Below are positions 37,701-50,915 of a stretch of 64,000 nt of DNA, piece by piece. Below the pieces are notes generated by a model that saw nothing but the letters and a program-made list of their open reading frames with translations, was not told where the DNA came from and did not search any database. The position numbers and the translations under genes were made by a program. Each line of letters opens with the position of its first letter. Position 1 is the first letter of the stretch. The stretch lies in contig NW_022985693.1 of assembly GCF_902459465.1 (NCBI RefSeq), positions 1,426,001 through 1,490,000 on the forward strand. Reading direction: 5' to 3'. Source of the DNA: Asterias rubens. Its lineage: Eukaryota.

Positions 37701-40700
37701 GTCACATCATCTATAGAGAGGGTAAGCTGTGCCAGACAAGGCTAACCTTCAGAAGGACACACAAGGATCTTCCTTGGTTAGCCTGGTTTTTACAAAAATG
37801 ATGCAGGCGAAGGGCTTGTGTAAAATGCAATTTGACACACAATAGTAATACAGTGGTTTAACAGATATTATTAAACCGCTGTTAACAGTATACACATAGT
37901 ATTTGTTTTTTTGAACTGCCTCTAGCCACCATGCTAGCTCCGTGGTATAGGAGTGGCTAAATTCATCTACTCTGGCAATGCAAAGGTCTTGGGTTCGACT
38001 TCCACCGAAGTAATTTGCCTGTGGATTTTTTTCAAAGATTTGGGGAAGTACAGAGTGTGCAGTGCTTTTAAACATCTGTGTACGGTTAATACAGTAGATG
38101 AAATAGAAGGAATAATTTGCAGCGGTAACATCATGTAACAGAAAAACAATCCAATCCAAGTCATTGAGGTATGTATTACCAGCAGCCTATGGGTATTGAC
38201 ACAATCTGAAATGAGACACAACAGCAGCGTGATTGTTTTGACACACAATATGGTGTAAGATTACAACTTACCACCATGTCCATCATAGACAGCAAAGAAA
38301 GCTGCATCTCTGTCTTCATCTACAGTCAGCTTGGTGGTATGGGCATCTTCCATATCTATAGTTCAAACTCAGTTAAGAAATATCCTTAGTACATGTACAT
38401 GGCAAAGGCAATTGTTTTTATTGACAGAGGGAACCTTTAGGTTATAGGAAAAATTACATATCCCCCCTCAGTCTTGCCTATCTCTTGTGTATGTAATTTG
38501 AATGATTNNNNNNNNNNNNNNNNNNNNNNNNNNNNNNNNNNNNNNNNNNNNNNNNNNNNNNNNNNNNNNNNNNNNNNNNNNNNNNNNNNNNNNNNNNNNN
38601 NNNNNNNNNNNNNNNNNNNNNNNNNNNNNNNNNNNNNNNNNNNNNNNNNNNNNNNNAATTGGTGAAAGTGAAGTTGACTATTATGAATATATGCACACGA
38701 ATCAATTTGTATAATAAAAAAAAAACATATACCACTTTACAATACACTTAATAAAACGCAACTAGTTTAGAGGATTTTGTTCACATGTTTAAAGTCAATT
38801 AGGAAACTTGATCGGATTAAAATTAAGCATACCAGGTTTATTAACGCTATATTTAATCATTGCTGTATGGTACACTGCACCTAGTACAATGAATGTAGAC
38901 TACTCTTTAATCAGCATTAGAATCAATACATCAACTCATGCTGTAATAATAATAGCACAATCCACATTGATGATATGCATGCTTAAATAAGGATAATAAT
39001 AATAATAACAATAATAAATACAAAAACAAAAGAACTCGGTCAAATGACTAACCAAATCTCAAGTAAAACATTAAAGGGTCTATGTACTTTTTTTTAACAA
39101 AAAACACAATGTCCACAGATTTACATTAAACTTACACAGTTCGAAAATTATGATAGTAGAAAGCTTCCCTTTAAATTTTACTAACTGAGGTGCTGCAGTT
39201 TTTACGAAATGAGTGAAACAAATTATTTTCGTCTCAGTTTTAGCATGTAAAAACAGATTAACCAGTTATGCTATGGTTTTGGTATAATATCATAACTGGT
39301 TAATGGGATTTTACATGTGAAAATTATTTTGTGACTTGTTTTACTCATTTCTCAAAAACTACACAACCTCAGCTAGTAATATTTGAAGGGAAGCTTTTCA
39401 CTATCATTATCTTCAAACCCTGTAAGTTTAATGTAAATCTGTGGACATTTTGAAAAAGTACCCGAATCCTTTAATACAAAATTGTGCACATCTCATACAC
39501 ATTCCTGTTCTCATGTGAAATTCAGTTTTTAAAATTAAGTTTTTAACTGCCAGTCATGTTTTTTAATAAACCTTATTGAATTGAATTGAAATAGCCTGTA
39601 CATACATACAAGTATGCGTACTTGTATCTTCAGGCACTTTATATTATAATCAAAATAAATTAAAATCGTCTTGCTTAAGTTTGTAGCTAATATCTAACAG
39701 TCAACAATCAATGCTTCTTGCCAATTTACATAGTACTCTCTTGTACACTACACATACAATCCCGTACACAAAAAATAACAAATTAAACTGAATATGCTTG
39801 TTTTAAATCATGCATATTCTTAATTTGAAAAATATTTCAAAAGGTCTACCTCTTTTCTTAATGACATGAATATTTTACATTATTTACAGCTAAGAAACAC
39901 CCAAGATGAATGATACAGAACAATGTGTCTGCAAAGATTGACTACTTTACCATAGTCTTGTTTCTATTCAGTTAATCAACACAATCATTCATCTCTATTT
40001 TGTCTTGCTAATGTTTTGACTTGTAGTATTGTCGTTAACAATCAGACAATGAGTATTTTTGAGCTTCCACTTTATCATCATTTACATCCCTTTGGTGAAT
40101 CTGTTATTAAGTTGATTTTGGAATTGGAAAATACTTAGCAGATGTAGACTTTAAATTCAATTGTCCAAGCTAAACCAGTGCAACAGACAGCTAACTTAAT
40201 GTTTGCATATGACAAAAGGAAAAGAGAAAGTAATCCCATAGATTTGATCCGCAGTTCAACAAGTTCATGATTGGGATAATGTCAAGAATGAACTAACTGT
40301 GGGGACTGTGATCTAGAGGTTGTTGAATGACTGACAGCAAACAACTCATGAAATCCTGAGATTGTCTGTTCAGGCTGGACCAACTAACTTGACATCATGG
40401 CGTCGATAGTATAAGGGGAATGACTTAAGGGGGTTACAAAACAGAGAGATGAGAATTCATCAATACATACATAGGCCTATATTTGATTAGTATGCATTGT
40501 CTGTTATGAATCTAATATTGATACAATAGATAATGAAAGAAACAGTACTAGATTGGAGTAGTTGAATATCATGCTACATGTAAGTGTCTTCAAATGAAAC
40601 AACAAGAGTGAAAACTGTGAACCATGTAATATGGAGTTTCGTTTTTGGTGTCGTTTTTGTTATTGCTTGTTGGGATGTTGTCCGTTTGTTTGTTTGCTTG

Positions 40701-43700
40701 GTTGCTTGTTGTTTGTTTGTTCTTGATATGCTTTGGTGTTTGGAGGGGTTTTTTTTTTGGGGGGGGGACACACATTACCATGAATCAGTAGCCAGTCAAT
40801 TAAAAAAAAACATGAACAAAAAACCAATGAACCAGTTTGGTTGAACATCACTTTAAAATAAACTGAACCTTGGAACACTGCACAAACACAGTTTGTTTCA
40901 AGGTCCAGTAATACACAAATCTTTCCTTTTTTATAGATAAATTGATTTCCTGGAGACTAATACTGGTTTTAATCGACACTCAATTCTAGACTATGTACAT
41001 CATGTCCTAGTACACAGGTAATTGAATACAAGGGGGAAAATGGACACATCCTAATTTGTGAACAACGGGATTGAACCCTGCAGATGTGCTCCTGTTTATG
41101 GAACTACACACCGTTGTGTTCTGCCTATTTATGAACACACTCAAGGTGATCTTGGATACAATCCCAGTGCATAGTCCAGGTGCATGTAAATTTAATTGCA
41201 TTCACCTTTTAGAAAATAAATGTGTTGATTATGTCAGACCATGGTCAGACACATGCTGATGAATATCTTGCAGTTTACAACAGAGGTAGTTCTTGCATTA
41301 TTTTTAGAGGAGCTTGCTTGTTTATATAATGCCCTGCAATGATTTGTGACACTCCTCATTCCCACCAGTGTGTCTAGCTTCAGGACATTGATTACTGTTA
41401 ATGGGGTAATGCCATTAATCAGGAAATAGAGAAACATTTAGTAAGAAACCAAAGCGTTAGTAAGTACAGTAAGCATGCAGGATAAGCAACTCCAGTTGAG
41501 ACTTGAGAGATAGGATTTTTATCAGTCCGTCACTGATGGGATGGAATTACAGAAGGGTCAGAGCCAGGATGGCCTTAAGTGAAAGGAATCACATTTCTTT
41601 ATGGATCGTGAACTCTCTTCAAGTACTAGCTGTACATGTTTATACAGTTCCTTCTCAATGCTTAAAAGCATGCACCATCAAATGTTCACGTTGCACCCAT
41701 TTTGAAAGCAAAACATTACTTTGAAGTGAACAAAATTTATGCGGAAATATATTGGCGCTTCGATCGTACAAGGCAAAAATAATGAGAACCCAACACGCAT
41801 ATAGACATGTTTACAAGTGTTCAGCAGTCAAGTGGAAATACAAGAAGAGATAGAGAGGGAGAAAAAGCAAGCGGTAAAAAAATGATTAAAAACAGGGGGA
41901 GGGGGGTGGATGGAAGAGGCTGATTTGACCACAAGAGGTTGAAAACACAAAGGACAAAATCAAAGGTGGGAAGTAGAAGACAAAGTAAACAATCAGTAAA
42001 TAAGGCCTAGGCCTATCGTTTGATTCGTTACTGAAAATTCTTCCTGGAGTATAACATTGTGTAGTTGCAGTTTTTGGTGCATTAGTTATTTTTATAATCA
42101 CCACAGTGGGTACATTATCACGGTACATTTGTAGTGAAACAGTAGTGACACGAAGGACGTATACAGTACACTCTATATTACATGAGTCACCTTCATTACC
42201 CTGGATTTCATCAAATTATATTCAAGTGCATACACATAACACTACGTTATGCATCTGTGTGTAATATCTCTATCTACACGTGTGAAACATATTCAATTCA
42301 TGAGTACAAACAGTTTTGTATCATGGAGGAAGGAACACTTATTAATTTGTGTGCATTAACCACAAATGACCACAAACATTAACAATGCTCGATTTCTGAT
42401 TTGTGTCTTTGAGCATAATGCATTGTGTAGGCTAAAAGCTTTGTGTCGATAATTGGGCATATTCGACATTACATGTAATTTGTAATTGTTTTAAAACAAA
42501 CTAAAGGGAAACTTTATTATCTGAGTGAATGTAGAAAATGTGTCACTGCATTTGAGCAAGCAAAAAGAAAAGAAAATTGCATTCCCTTGCCCAAAATGTT
42601 TCATTAAAAATTCTGGATTATAATTTTGCATGTTTTCTGCCATGTCTGAGGATCTGCTTTATTCACAGAAAATAAATCCGTTTCAATTTGACTTTTATCA
42701 ATATCAGGCATGATATTTGGTCCTTCGAAAAAGTAGGACAATTTTATCAAGTACAAAAGCCGACCTACATGGGCACAAGGTGTGGGCTTTCAATAGACAT
42801 TTCAGGCTATTAATCACAATTTTCCTGATTTTTTTTCCAAGGGCAAAATAAACCCTTAATCAAACTAAAGTAGGAAGAACATCATGCCTCCAATAATAGG
42901 CCTATAGTCTTTCACATCTTTCTGCTTTAAGAACAAAGTGATATTAATCTTTAGTTCAATATTTAAAACAATGGAAACCCTTCCACCTCACGTAGGTTTT
43001 CATCATTGTCGTTGATAAACTAAACATGCCGTTTCCCAACACGATACATGTGTTAGTAATTGTTGTAACTCAGACAATTACAATTCTGTAAAAGGACGGC
43101 ATGAAGAACGCCAGAAAAAAAATTACAAAATGTTTATTATCTTTCAAAACATGCAAGAAACCTGAGAAAATGTCAATTCCATTAGGATTGTATTGCTGAA
43201 AGGTTTTTGTGCAAGAACACCATGTGGTTACTATGAAAATAATCTCCCGAGTCCATCAGAGTTTACAGGGAATAAAATCATTCTCTGAATTCTACAGGAA
43301 TATTTTCTCCTCGTACTCTCTGACCAGCTGCTTGCAATTATTGTTTATGTTCAACACATGGCTCATATGGTTGAGGCTATGTTTAGAAGCTTAGAACGTC
43401 ACCATGCTTCAAAAAAGAGCTTGGAAATTGGATCTGGTCATATAAAACAAAACGTGACTAAAAAGTAACAACTGTTTATGTTACCTTAAAAAATATGGTT
43501 AATATGATACATAATCTTATGACTGTTATGAGCAGGAAATGCAAGGTCAAAAGTCCAGTGGTTTACTTACTGAAAAAATTATATCTAAGTTTCACTGAAA
43601 ATATGGATCCAAATATCTGTTAAAAATACCAGCAGAGTCATCATTTCTATATTAAATAAGACAAGTTTATTCTGTCTTGTACTCAGACCTCTTTATCAAA

Positions 43701-44408
43701 ATAAGCCAAAAAGTTTGTAAGGACACATGAAATTAATTGTCTTAAATGAATAACAGGCATTTATTAGAGAATACATAATGTCCCATCTTACAAGCACAAG
43801 CACACCATGTTTTTGTTTACAATCTTGAAGATCATAAAAACATGGTGCCCTTCAATTTTACCAACCAATTTTTGAAGTTTCATTATTCAGACCAAGCCAA
43901 GGAACTAAGATTTGGCAGGTGAAAGTAAACGTAGTCCCTGTGGTGGTTGGAGCATTTGGTACCATTAGGAAAGCATTGGGGAAACATCTACATGAAAACG
44001 AGACAAGTGTATGGGTAGATCTGTTACATAAGGTGGCGCTTTTGGGGAACAGAGAGGATAGGATCCTACGAAAGACCCTTGAGATCTTAAGCTACGGGAC
44101 GTAGCCCGTCTCAAGGAGTTACCGGCACAAAGGAATATGTTATATTTCTATTGCATGCTGTGATAAGATGAAATAGTAACTTGAATTTACTTCATTTTGC
44201 TTTCACTTATAAATACACAAATAATATCCTTTTTCCTAACTGTGTCTAGGAGATAAGGAGGCAGTGGTCTTTAAGAATGTTATTAAGAATTGCTTCAAAG
44301 GATACTGATTCTCCATCCTTGCATACAAGATGACCCAACCTTGAACATGTGGTTCTCACATGCTGATGTCTCCTTGGCTGTTACGGGCTCCGATAATGTC
44401 TGCCCCAT
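31707..44408 (-). CDS. Protein phosphatase 2C (PPM family, MGQTLSEP / T23F11.1-like class), 316 aa
   Basis: join(44408-44306,38355-38272,36401-36270,35456-35383,34644-34503,34032-33949,33457-33312,31892-31707), phase-consistent. Motifs: MGQTLSEPVT, SCMQGWRINMEDAH, FFAVYDGHGG, NVGDSRAV, DHKP, NLALSRALGDF, LACDGIWDV, GCDNMTV. Confidence 0.95.
31937..32547 (-). mobile_element. Family B MITE, reverse orientation, with nested repeat material
   Basis: Starts ggcactggacac and ends ttaccaatagtgtccagtgcct|TTAA. Confidence 0.55.
32652..33029 (-). mobile_element. Kolobok-like TTAA MITE, family B (full copy, reverse)
   Basis: TTAA|AGGCAGTGTACACTATTGGTAAT ... ATTACCAATAGTGTCCACTGCCT|TTAA. Confidence 0.8.
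36525..36906 (+). mobile_element. Kolobok-like MITE, family B
   Basis: ggcactggatactattggtaattgctcaaaat ... ttaccaaaggtgtccagtgtc|TTAA. Confidence 0.7.
37905..38075 (+). mobile_element. tRNA-derived SINE-like element (same family as 45416-45845)
   Basis: aactgcctctagc...ccgtggt...tgcaaaggtcttgggttcgacttccaccgaagtaa aligns with the reverse complement of 45690-45790. Confidence 0.6.
38508..38656. other. Assembly gap (149 N)
   Basis: Run of N. Confidence 0.99.
39075..39470. mobile_element. Palindromic (foldback) Kolobok-like TTAA MITE, family D
   Basis: TTAA|AGGGTC...ATCCT|TTAA. Long internal arms such as gtccacagatttacattaaacttaca / tgtaagtttaatgtaaatctgtggac. Confidence 0.75.
43915..44145 (+). 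mobile_element. 3' remnant of an RLE-type non-LTR retrotransposon (R4/Dong/Rex6-like)
   Basis: KVNVVPVVVGAFGTIRKALGKHLHENETSVWVDLLHKVALLG...ILRKTLE; homologous to 20945-21135. Confidence 0.65.
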
Positions 44409-45415
44409 CCCAACAATCTATTGGACAAATAACATAGTGAACAATTAGCTCAGATACATAAATTTGTTCAACTAATACACTGACTAATATCTAAACAAAT
44501 ATTATACGCAATAAAAAATAAAGACTTGAAACCAACAATTCTGTTGGAGATCAATAACAGAGTGAGACAACCTTTAGCAAAGCTTCACCCCCTCTTCAAT
44601 AGTCTTGGCCCAAGACGTCAGAAATCATTGGATTACAGGCCTTCAACTTTGTTCTTGAAGGGGGCACATCATGTCCCTATAAGGGGCACTTCTATGAGTA
44701 AATGTAATTTTGTACAGGAATCTTGCACAGGGCACCACGGCAATTGCTGTGGGTGGCAGGGGTCATTACGAGACCTGGGATTGGGTTTGTACCCTTGCAA
44801 TGATTCGTAATTGTATAACCTCTTACGGCATGGTTTAACCAACTTGACAAGCTCTCTAACTTCTTGGGAATCCTTCAGCATTTGGTTATCTTTGTCTTTG
44901 TTTTTTATCGCTAACCCTTCCCAGGGAACCCATAAGCACAAGAGCTCAGAGATACTTTTGTATGTAAACTTACATAAATTATTACTACGGTACACATGTA
45001 TTACCAATAATGACCCTAAGGCACATCATAATTTGTGCAAGTTAACTTCTGCGATCACACATTGATTAGTTTCCTAGTCTTTGGCCAAGACAACTTCTTA
45101 TTAGAAAATATTGCCATTACTGTGTGGGCCTGACTCATTATTGTCTTTATCATTATCAATTTTAGTTCTTCTATCAGGCTCTCATCTTAATAACCAATTT
45201 GAGAAACTGCCTGTAAATTGCATAAATTGATGATGATGATGATCAAAATTAAGAGTTTCATTGTATGAAGGCACTACGTACACATAATTTATTTTGTAGA
45301 ATAATTGTCCATGCAAGGAAGTGTCACTACTCTAATTATTCTGTGCCATAAAGCTGATAACATTACAAAGCCTGTGAAAGGAAAATAAATTATGCAGTTA
45401 TTAATTATGGCATTA

Positions 45416-45845
45416 CAATAGATGTAAAATTTGCATCGGGGATAAAGAATATTAATTTTTGTTTTTTTACCCATACACCGATGTGTGTGTTGGCACATAC
45501 ACCGATGTGTGTGTTAGCACATACACCGATGTGTGTGTTAGCACATACACCGATGTGTGTGTTAGCACATACACCGATGTGTGTGTTAGCACATACACCG
45601 ATGTGTGTGTTAGCACATACACCGATGTGTGTGTTAGCACTGAGTGTATACTCAGTATTTCTCCAAGTCCTGTAAAAACATATCACGGGCATGTTACTCG
45701 GGTGGGATTCGAACCCACGACCCTTGCAATTCTAGAGCAGTGTCCTACCAACCAGACCACCGAGGCCGCCCGGCAGCTAGAGGAAGTTCGAATCCTATGT
45801 TCCGGCAGCGGGCACCGCAACAACACAATAGATGTTAAATTATGG
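45416..45845 (-). mobile_element. tRNA-like SINE-type element containing a minisatellite
   Basis: Minus strand reads GGCCTCGGTGGTCTGGTTGGTAGGACAC...GGGTTCGAATCCCACCCGAG (A and B boxes). The 3' body matches 24045-24095. Confidence 0.65.
45472..45639. repeat. 24-bp minisatellite x7 (catacaccgatgtgtgtgttagca)
   Basis: Seven nearly identical units are directly visible and explain the repetitive ORFs at 45405-45851. Confidence 0.95.
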
Positions 45846-46274
45846 CATTAAAAGTAGCCCGTGTTAGATATTGCAGACCTTGCATCTTCACTATGTCATA
45901 TGTTTGTAACTGCTGCAATGGGAAAACTCTTGGGCAATGTCCCAAGATTTATGAACAGATGGCTTTTCAAAGTGAAGTAATAATCATTACAGACCTCAAA
46001 AAAAAGGTTCCAATCACCCTGTCAAATGGCAAGTTAGTAATTGTCAGGCCATAATAGGAAAGTACTGTGACACTGGAATGCAATTGCAATGCACATCATG
46101 TACTCGAGGATCCTGCTTTTCAATTAAAAACAGCTATCTTCAAACCAATCCAATAACCACTGTTTAACACATGCAAAGCACTTCAACAGTCAAATATGCT
46201 GGTCACATAACACTCATAATTGGATGTCAAAGAAAGATGTGTGTGAAAAAAGGACACTATTTTGACAAAGAAAA

Positions 46275-46500
46275 ACCTACATTCTACATTACATCATCTA
46301 CAGCACGTGTGCATACATATTCTACATTACATTAGCTAGAGCACTATGTGTATATAATGTACAATACATTCTACATGTACATTGTACATTCCATTCATCT
46401 CCAGCACGAATGCGTATTCTACATTACAACAGATCTACAGCATGTGTGCGTACGTACATCCTAAATCATCTACAGCACGTATGCGTACGTTCTACATGAT
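46275..46500. repeat. Degenerate minisatellite (ttctacattac...atctacagcacg)
   Basis: Recurrent ttctacat and atctacagcac blocks. Confidence 0.6.
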
Positions 46501-49500
46501 CTAAGTACAGAATGAAAGAGGCAAACTTGACTCAGTTCCTATCCACCCTGCAGTGTACATTGCAAACTGTACCATGTATCATATTGCAGCAATAGAGAGG
46601 ACTATGTGAACATTGGGAAGATTCGCTGTCAGTTTTTTAATAAGTTTGGCATCTGTTATGATTTTCATGCATGCGTGGAATGCTCAAGTGCAGATCTATT
46701 CCTGTTTGATATGTGTACACATTACAAAATGTACAATTGTACATGTAATTTGCAGTCTACTAACAAACACAGCGTCGCTACAATAAGTATAGTTTTTGAA
46801 CAAAAAATTGTTAAAAGCTCTCTTAAGTACAATTTCATCACATAAACAACATTAAAATAAACTAAGATTTTAAAGAATGTAAACTTTTTGTGGAGTATTG
46901 TTAATATTTGAAATTAAAAATTTCGTTTAAAACGGTAGTCCATCCATGAACAGCGTTGTATGTTTTATAAGGTTTTAAAACCTTTCCTTTTTCCAAATGT
47001 TTAACAAAGTGTAAAACTGCATTGAGGTTTGAAGAAAACCATACGTCTAGTATCTGATATAATACAAGTTTGAATTTTGATACCATATGATCAAACTAAG
47101 TTATCAGTTGAACCTCAATCCTGGTGATTTCTATCGAATTACTAAACAAATATTCACTACAAAGGCATCAATCAAGGTATCCAACAAACCCACAAAAGAA
47201 ACAGAGTAAGACACAATTGCATCAACTTACATCTGTAGTACATCCAATTAAATATTGATTATGCTGATGAATTCTAATATAATGGAGCTCAGCTTCTGTT
47301 GCACTAAATCATTTATCGATCATAGATGTTGTTATCTCTGTGTGTGACAGGTCTTTTGATGTCCTGATCAGAGAATCCGACCTTGACTCTAATTCTCCCT
47401 GTTGGACCACATGGGCCTACTACACTGATGCTTGCTGTTAAAGGTCATTTATTTGGCTTCTATAATATGTTTATGAATCAGGCATTTAGTAAGTCCCTCT
47501 ATGGTTTGGTGCAACTTCAATAATCTACACCAGAGGATATATGATTTCTGTACACTATATATTCGTACACATTTTTATATGAACCTTGCATAGCTCCATG
47601 GTGTGACCAAATTAAAATTGCATTTTGTGCACGCACACTCGCGGAATATGGACAAATATAAAACTGCAAACTGAGTGAATGTTATCAACAATAAAAGTAT
47701 GGTAAATGTTCGCCCCACCTCCTTTTCAACAAAATTTGTCCACTTCTAAAAATTGTATGTCTAGAATTTACATGTAGTAAGAAAATGATATGATAATTCC
47801 TAAACAATGAATGGAGTTGTGAGCAGCCAGTGTTCGGTTTGACAATATCTATTACCAGAGTAATCTAATTAAATAAGCTATGCTTCCTCCTCCCAGGATA
47901 CTGATAATACCAGCTGTTAAGAATGAGAAGGTCTCTACTACTGTGCTAGCAGGACTGCAGTGTCCTAATTTTACCTGTCAACTAGCTTACTGTCAACCTA
48001 CAGTATTGGATGTATTGAGCACAATTTCTTACTCTCATGTTATCTTGTCTGTTATGGTAATTGTTCTGTACTAACAATAGATTGGCTTTGATTACTTTAA
48101 TGTTCAAATATTAAAAGTAAAAAGAAAAGGTGTCCACAGTGTGTGCATATTTTATATGTTGTAAAAAGTTCAGTTCAATTTATTAAAAATTTACTAGTCA
48201 GCTTTAGATGAACTTAATTTATGTTCTGAAATACAATTTTAAAAACAACTTTGGCTTTGTTATTTGACATCTTATAAATAGTTATAATACTATATTATTA
48301 TAGTGTTCTCTGTATGCATAGAGGTCTAAATTTTCTCCAAAGTCAGTTAGGCCTATTTACATGATGTCTATTTTTCCCTGAAGAGCTAAACGTGCGCAAC
48401 ACTCAGTAGAGTTTGGATTAGGTACTCCACTTACAAGGTTTTAACTCTGTTGTCCTTTTGTTAAAATGTTAAGGTCAGTAACAGTCAGGACAAAGTGCAG
48501 ACACATTGTGTACACAGCAATTGTAAACTGTAGGCATAAAGCAAATGCTGATAGGTGTACGTGTGAATTTAATATTGAATATCTCCTCTGTTAGCGAACT
48601 GACAATTCTGATGGAAGTAATAACTTGATACGTTTCGGTTACCGTACAATGTGTTTAAAAACATACATGTAGAGCTCGTTTACAAACATTTATCAAGCTC
48701 TCAAGTTGTGCTCATAATTTGTTGATCCTATAAATTTATACAAATACATTAAATCAAATCATTGGGAAGGGAGGGGGTGTGAGAAAATCAATGTAAAATA
48801 TCCACACATCTCTTCACAAAACATAGGCCTTTTTTTAAATCCCAATATATGTGACCTTCCTGTCAATTTATCAATAAAGTCTCTAGAATAAAAGTCAAAC
48901 GTGAGTCAGTAAGGTCAAAACAAATGTCAACAAGACAAAGATGGTTTTAATAAAAGATAAATTTATGAACTTTTCTGTTTTTATACACAGTGTAAAAAAT
49001 ATAATGTACCCAATGTGACATTTCAAGCAGTTCATACATGTACACTGTTAAGAGCTTCAATTTAAAGGCATTCTTATGGATTATACATTGCACAGTACAT
49101 AGTATAATAATTCCAAAACAGCAGAATATAAATGTTAATCTTTAGGCCGGCCAACAAATATAAATTTGGAAGTACAAAAGGGTAGCTGCCGCAGACATAT
49201 CAAGAACTTTTGAAAGAGAGCTATCAAATGTTAACAAATGGAAACATTTCCGTATCCTGTAGGATAATCCTACCGCCACTTTTTCATTAAATGTATCTAA
49301 TCTAATTAACTCAAATGACATATTCTTTTCGGTAAAAATTGAGTGAAAAGTGGCGGTTCTGGTAGGATATGAAAAACAGACCTCTGCTAAGTGGAAAAAC
49401 AGAGTAGTCCGTAGATAACTTTCCATAAGGGGCCACCACTTTTTCACTAATTTTTACAAAAAGGGATAACTCACTCATTGAGGTAAATTAGATATTTTTT

Positions 49501-50915
49501 CATATCAAATGAAAAAATGGTGGTGCCATAATGAAACTTTTCCAAAATGAAACCTAAAAAAGCTTATTAGAACCACTTACAGTTACCCAGTCTGACCGAT
49601 AACGACCATTCATATGACAAATTTAGAATAAAATTAAACTAAAGAGTAGTACAGTGCCCCGTGGCAGTGAGTCCGAAAAAGCTGTGGTTTTGAAAACAGC
49701 CAGCCAAGTCCATCAAATCATGATCTCTACATACAACGAACAAGACTACACTACTGTTGGTTTTTATAGACTGAAGAGTGCTAGATAGCATTGTTAGAGG
49801 TAGCGCGATGTTGACATTTCCTATTATTTTCTGGCCGCAAACAAAAAAAAGGTTTTTCAAATTGATGTTGCTTCGATCTTACATACTGTCTGAGCTTCAA
49901 ATTACTCCTGTAGGTCAATAAAGCTCTCTTCTTTCATAATCCTTTTAAAAAGGGACATTTTTGAACTTTTTTTACAAATAAATCGAGTCACCGTTTTCAC
50001 TAATATTGCCCTCTCTTGACTTCCAATTGAAAAAATACCGCCATCTATTGACAGAGAGAGGTTCAGAAAGATCGTAGTGCTTTTTTCTCTGTCTGAATCG
50101 TTGAAGAAAACAGCAGGGTATTCTGTCAAACCTTCAATATATCAGTAAAATCCTTGCCCATTTTAGAGTAAGATAAATTGGGTTTTGCTCCCGCGCGCGC
50201 GCGGTCGCGCATGGAATTTACGGAGGTTTTAATTCAACCAAGTTCTCGGTAAAATCTCATTTTTGAACTTTTGAGTGCGCGTCAAGGCTAAGGGATAGGG
50301 CTGCAAGCTTACTTTTTAACAATCTTTTTAGGGTGTTAATTGTCTTTAGGAAGGCAAAACTAATTGAAAACACCTCTGCTATATCAAGACAGTGGCGTTT
50401 GCACCAATGAATTTCTGACTGAGGCATGCCTGAGGTCAGGAGACCGGAGGGTTACGAGATAGGTTCGAGCGAAAACGGTTAATCATATCTGGTCCAACAA
50501 CAGTCAACACGTACAATTTCGACAGCTAGTAACCAGATTTGCCCCATTTTTACCACTTTCAAAAATCATGACACAAATTCTGAGGGTACGAACTTAATCC
50601 GCAATGTCTAATGCAGCCTGCCATAATACTCAAAACACCATTTAGGAAATGTAGGGTTACGTTATCGCAACTAGACCTGCTCAAGCTCTGTCAGTCTGTG
50701 CATATTAAACGGACATACACACACACAGTGTTGTGTGCCAATCGACATGCCGTCAGCATCAGGATCTCATCCATCGCATCACGCAATGTACGAAGAAGGA
50801 AATACAACGTCAAATAGTCATACAAAAATCAGGCTAAAAGTTGAATATCAAAGAAGTTAATCATAGCACTATATTGTTACTAAATTAATGATTTGATTTT
50901 AGTTACTTTTCTTAC

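Larger units (their letters stand above)
38356..44305 (-). other. U12-type (minor spliceosome) GT-AG intron of the PP2C gene
   Basis: 5' splice site GTATCCTTT. Branch site TTTCTTAAC at 38380-38372, about 17 nt from the AG, with no polypyrimidine tract. Confidence 0.85.

Noticed and set aside
38381-38388. Plus-strand ATATCCTT (AT-AC U12 donor-like) next to the minus-strand U12 branch site
   Set aside because: No plus-strand exon found upstream; probably coincidental overlap.
38474-38747. ORFs containing X runs
   Set aside because: Artefacts of the N gap.
45472-45639. Possible CRISPR-like array
   Set aside because: Units abut with no unique spacers, in a eukaryotic context.
45405-45851. ORFs with repeated peptides (ANTHIGVC, YTDVCVST, CVLAHTPM)
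   Set aside because: They are translations of a 24-bp minisatellite within a SINE-like element; no coding evidence.
49902-50129. 75-aa minus-strand ORF in PP2C intron 1
   Set aside because: No true ATG, no recognisable domain; probably inside a repeat.
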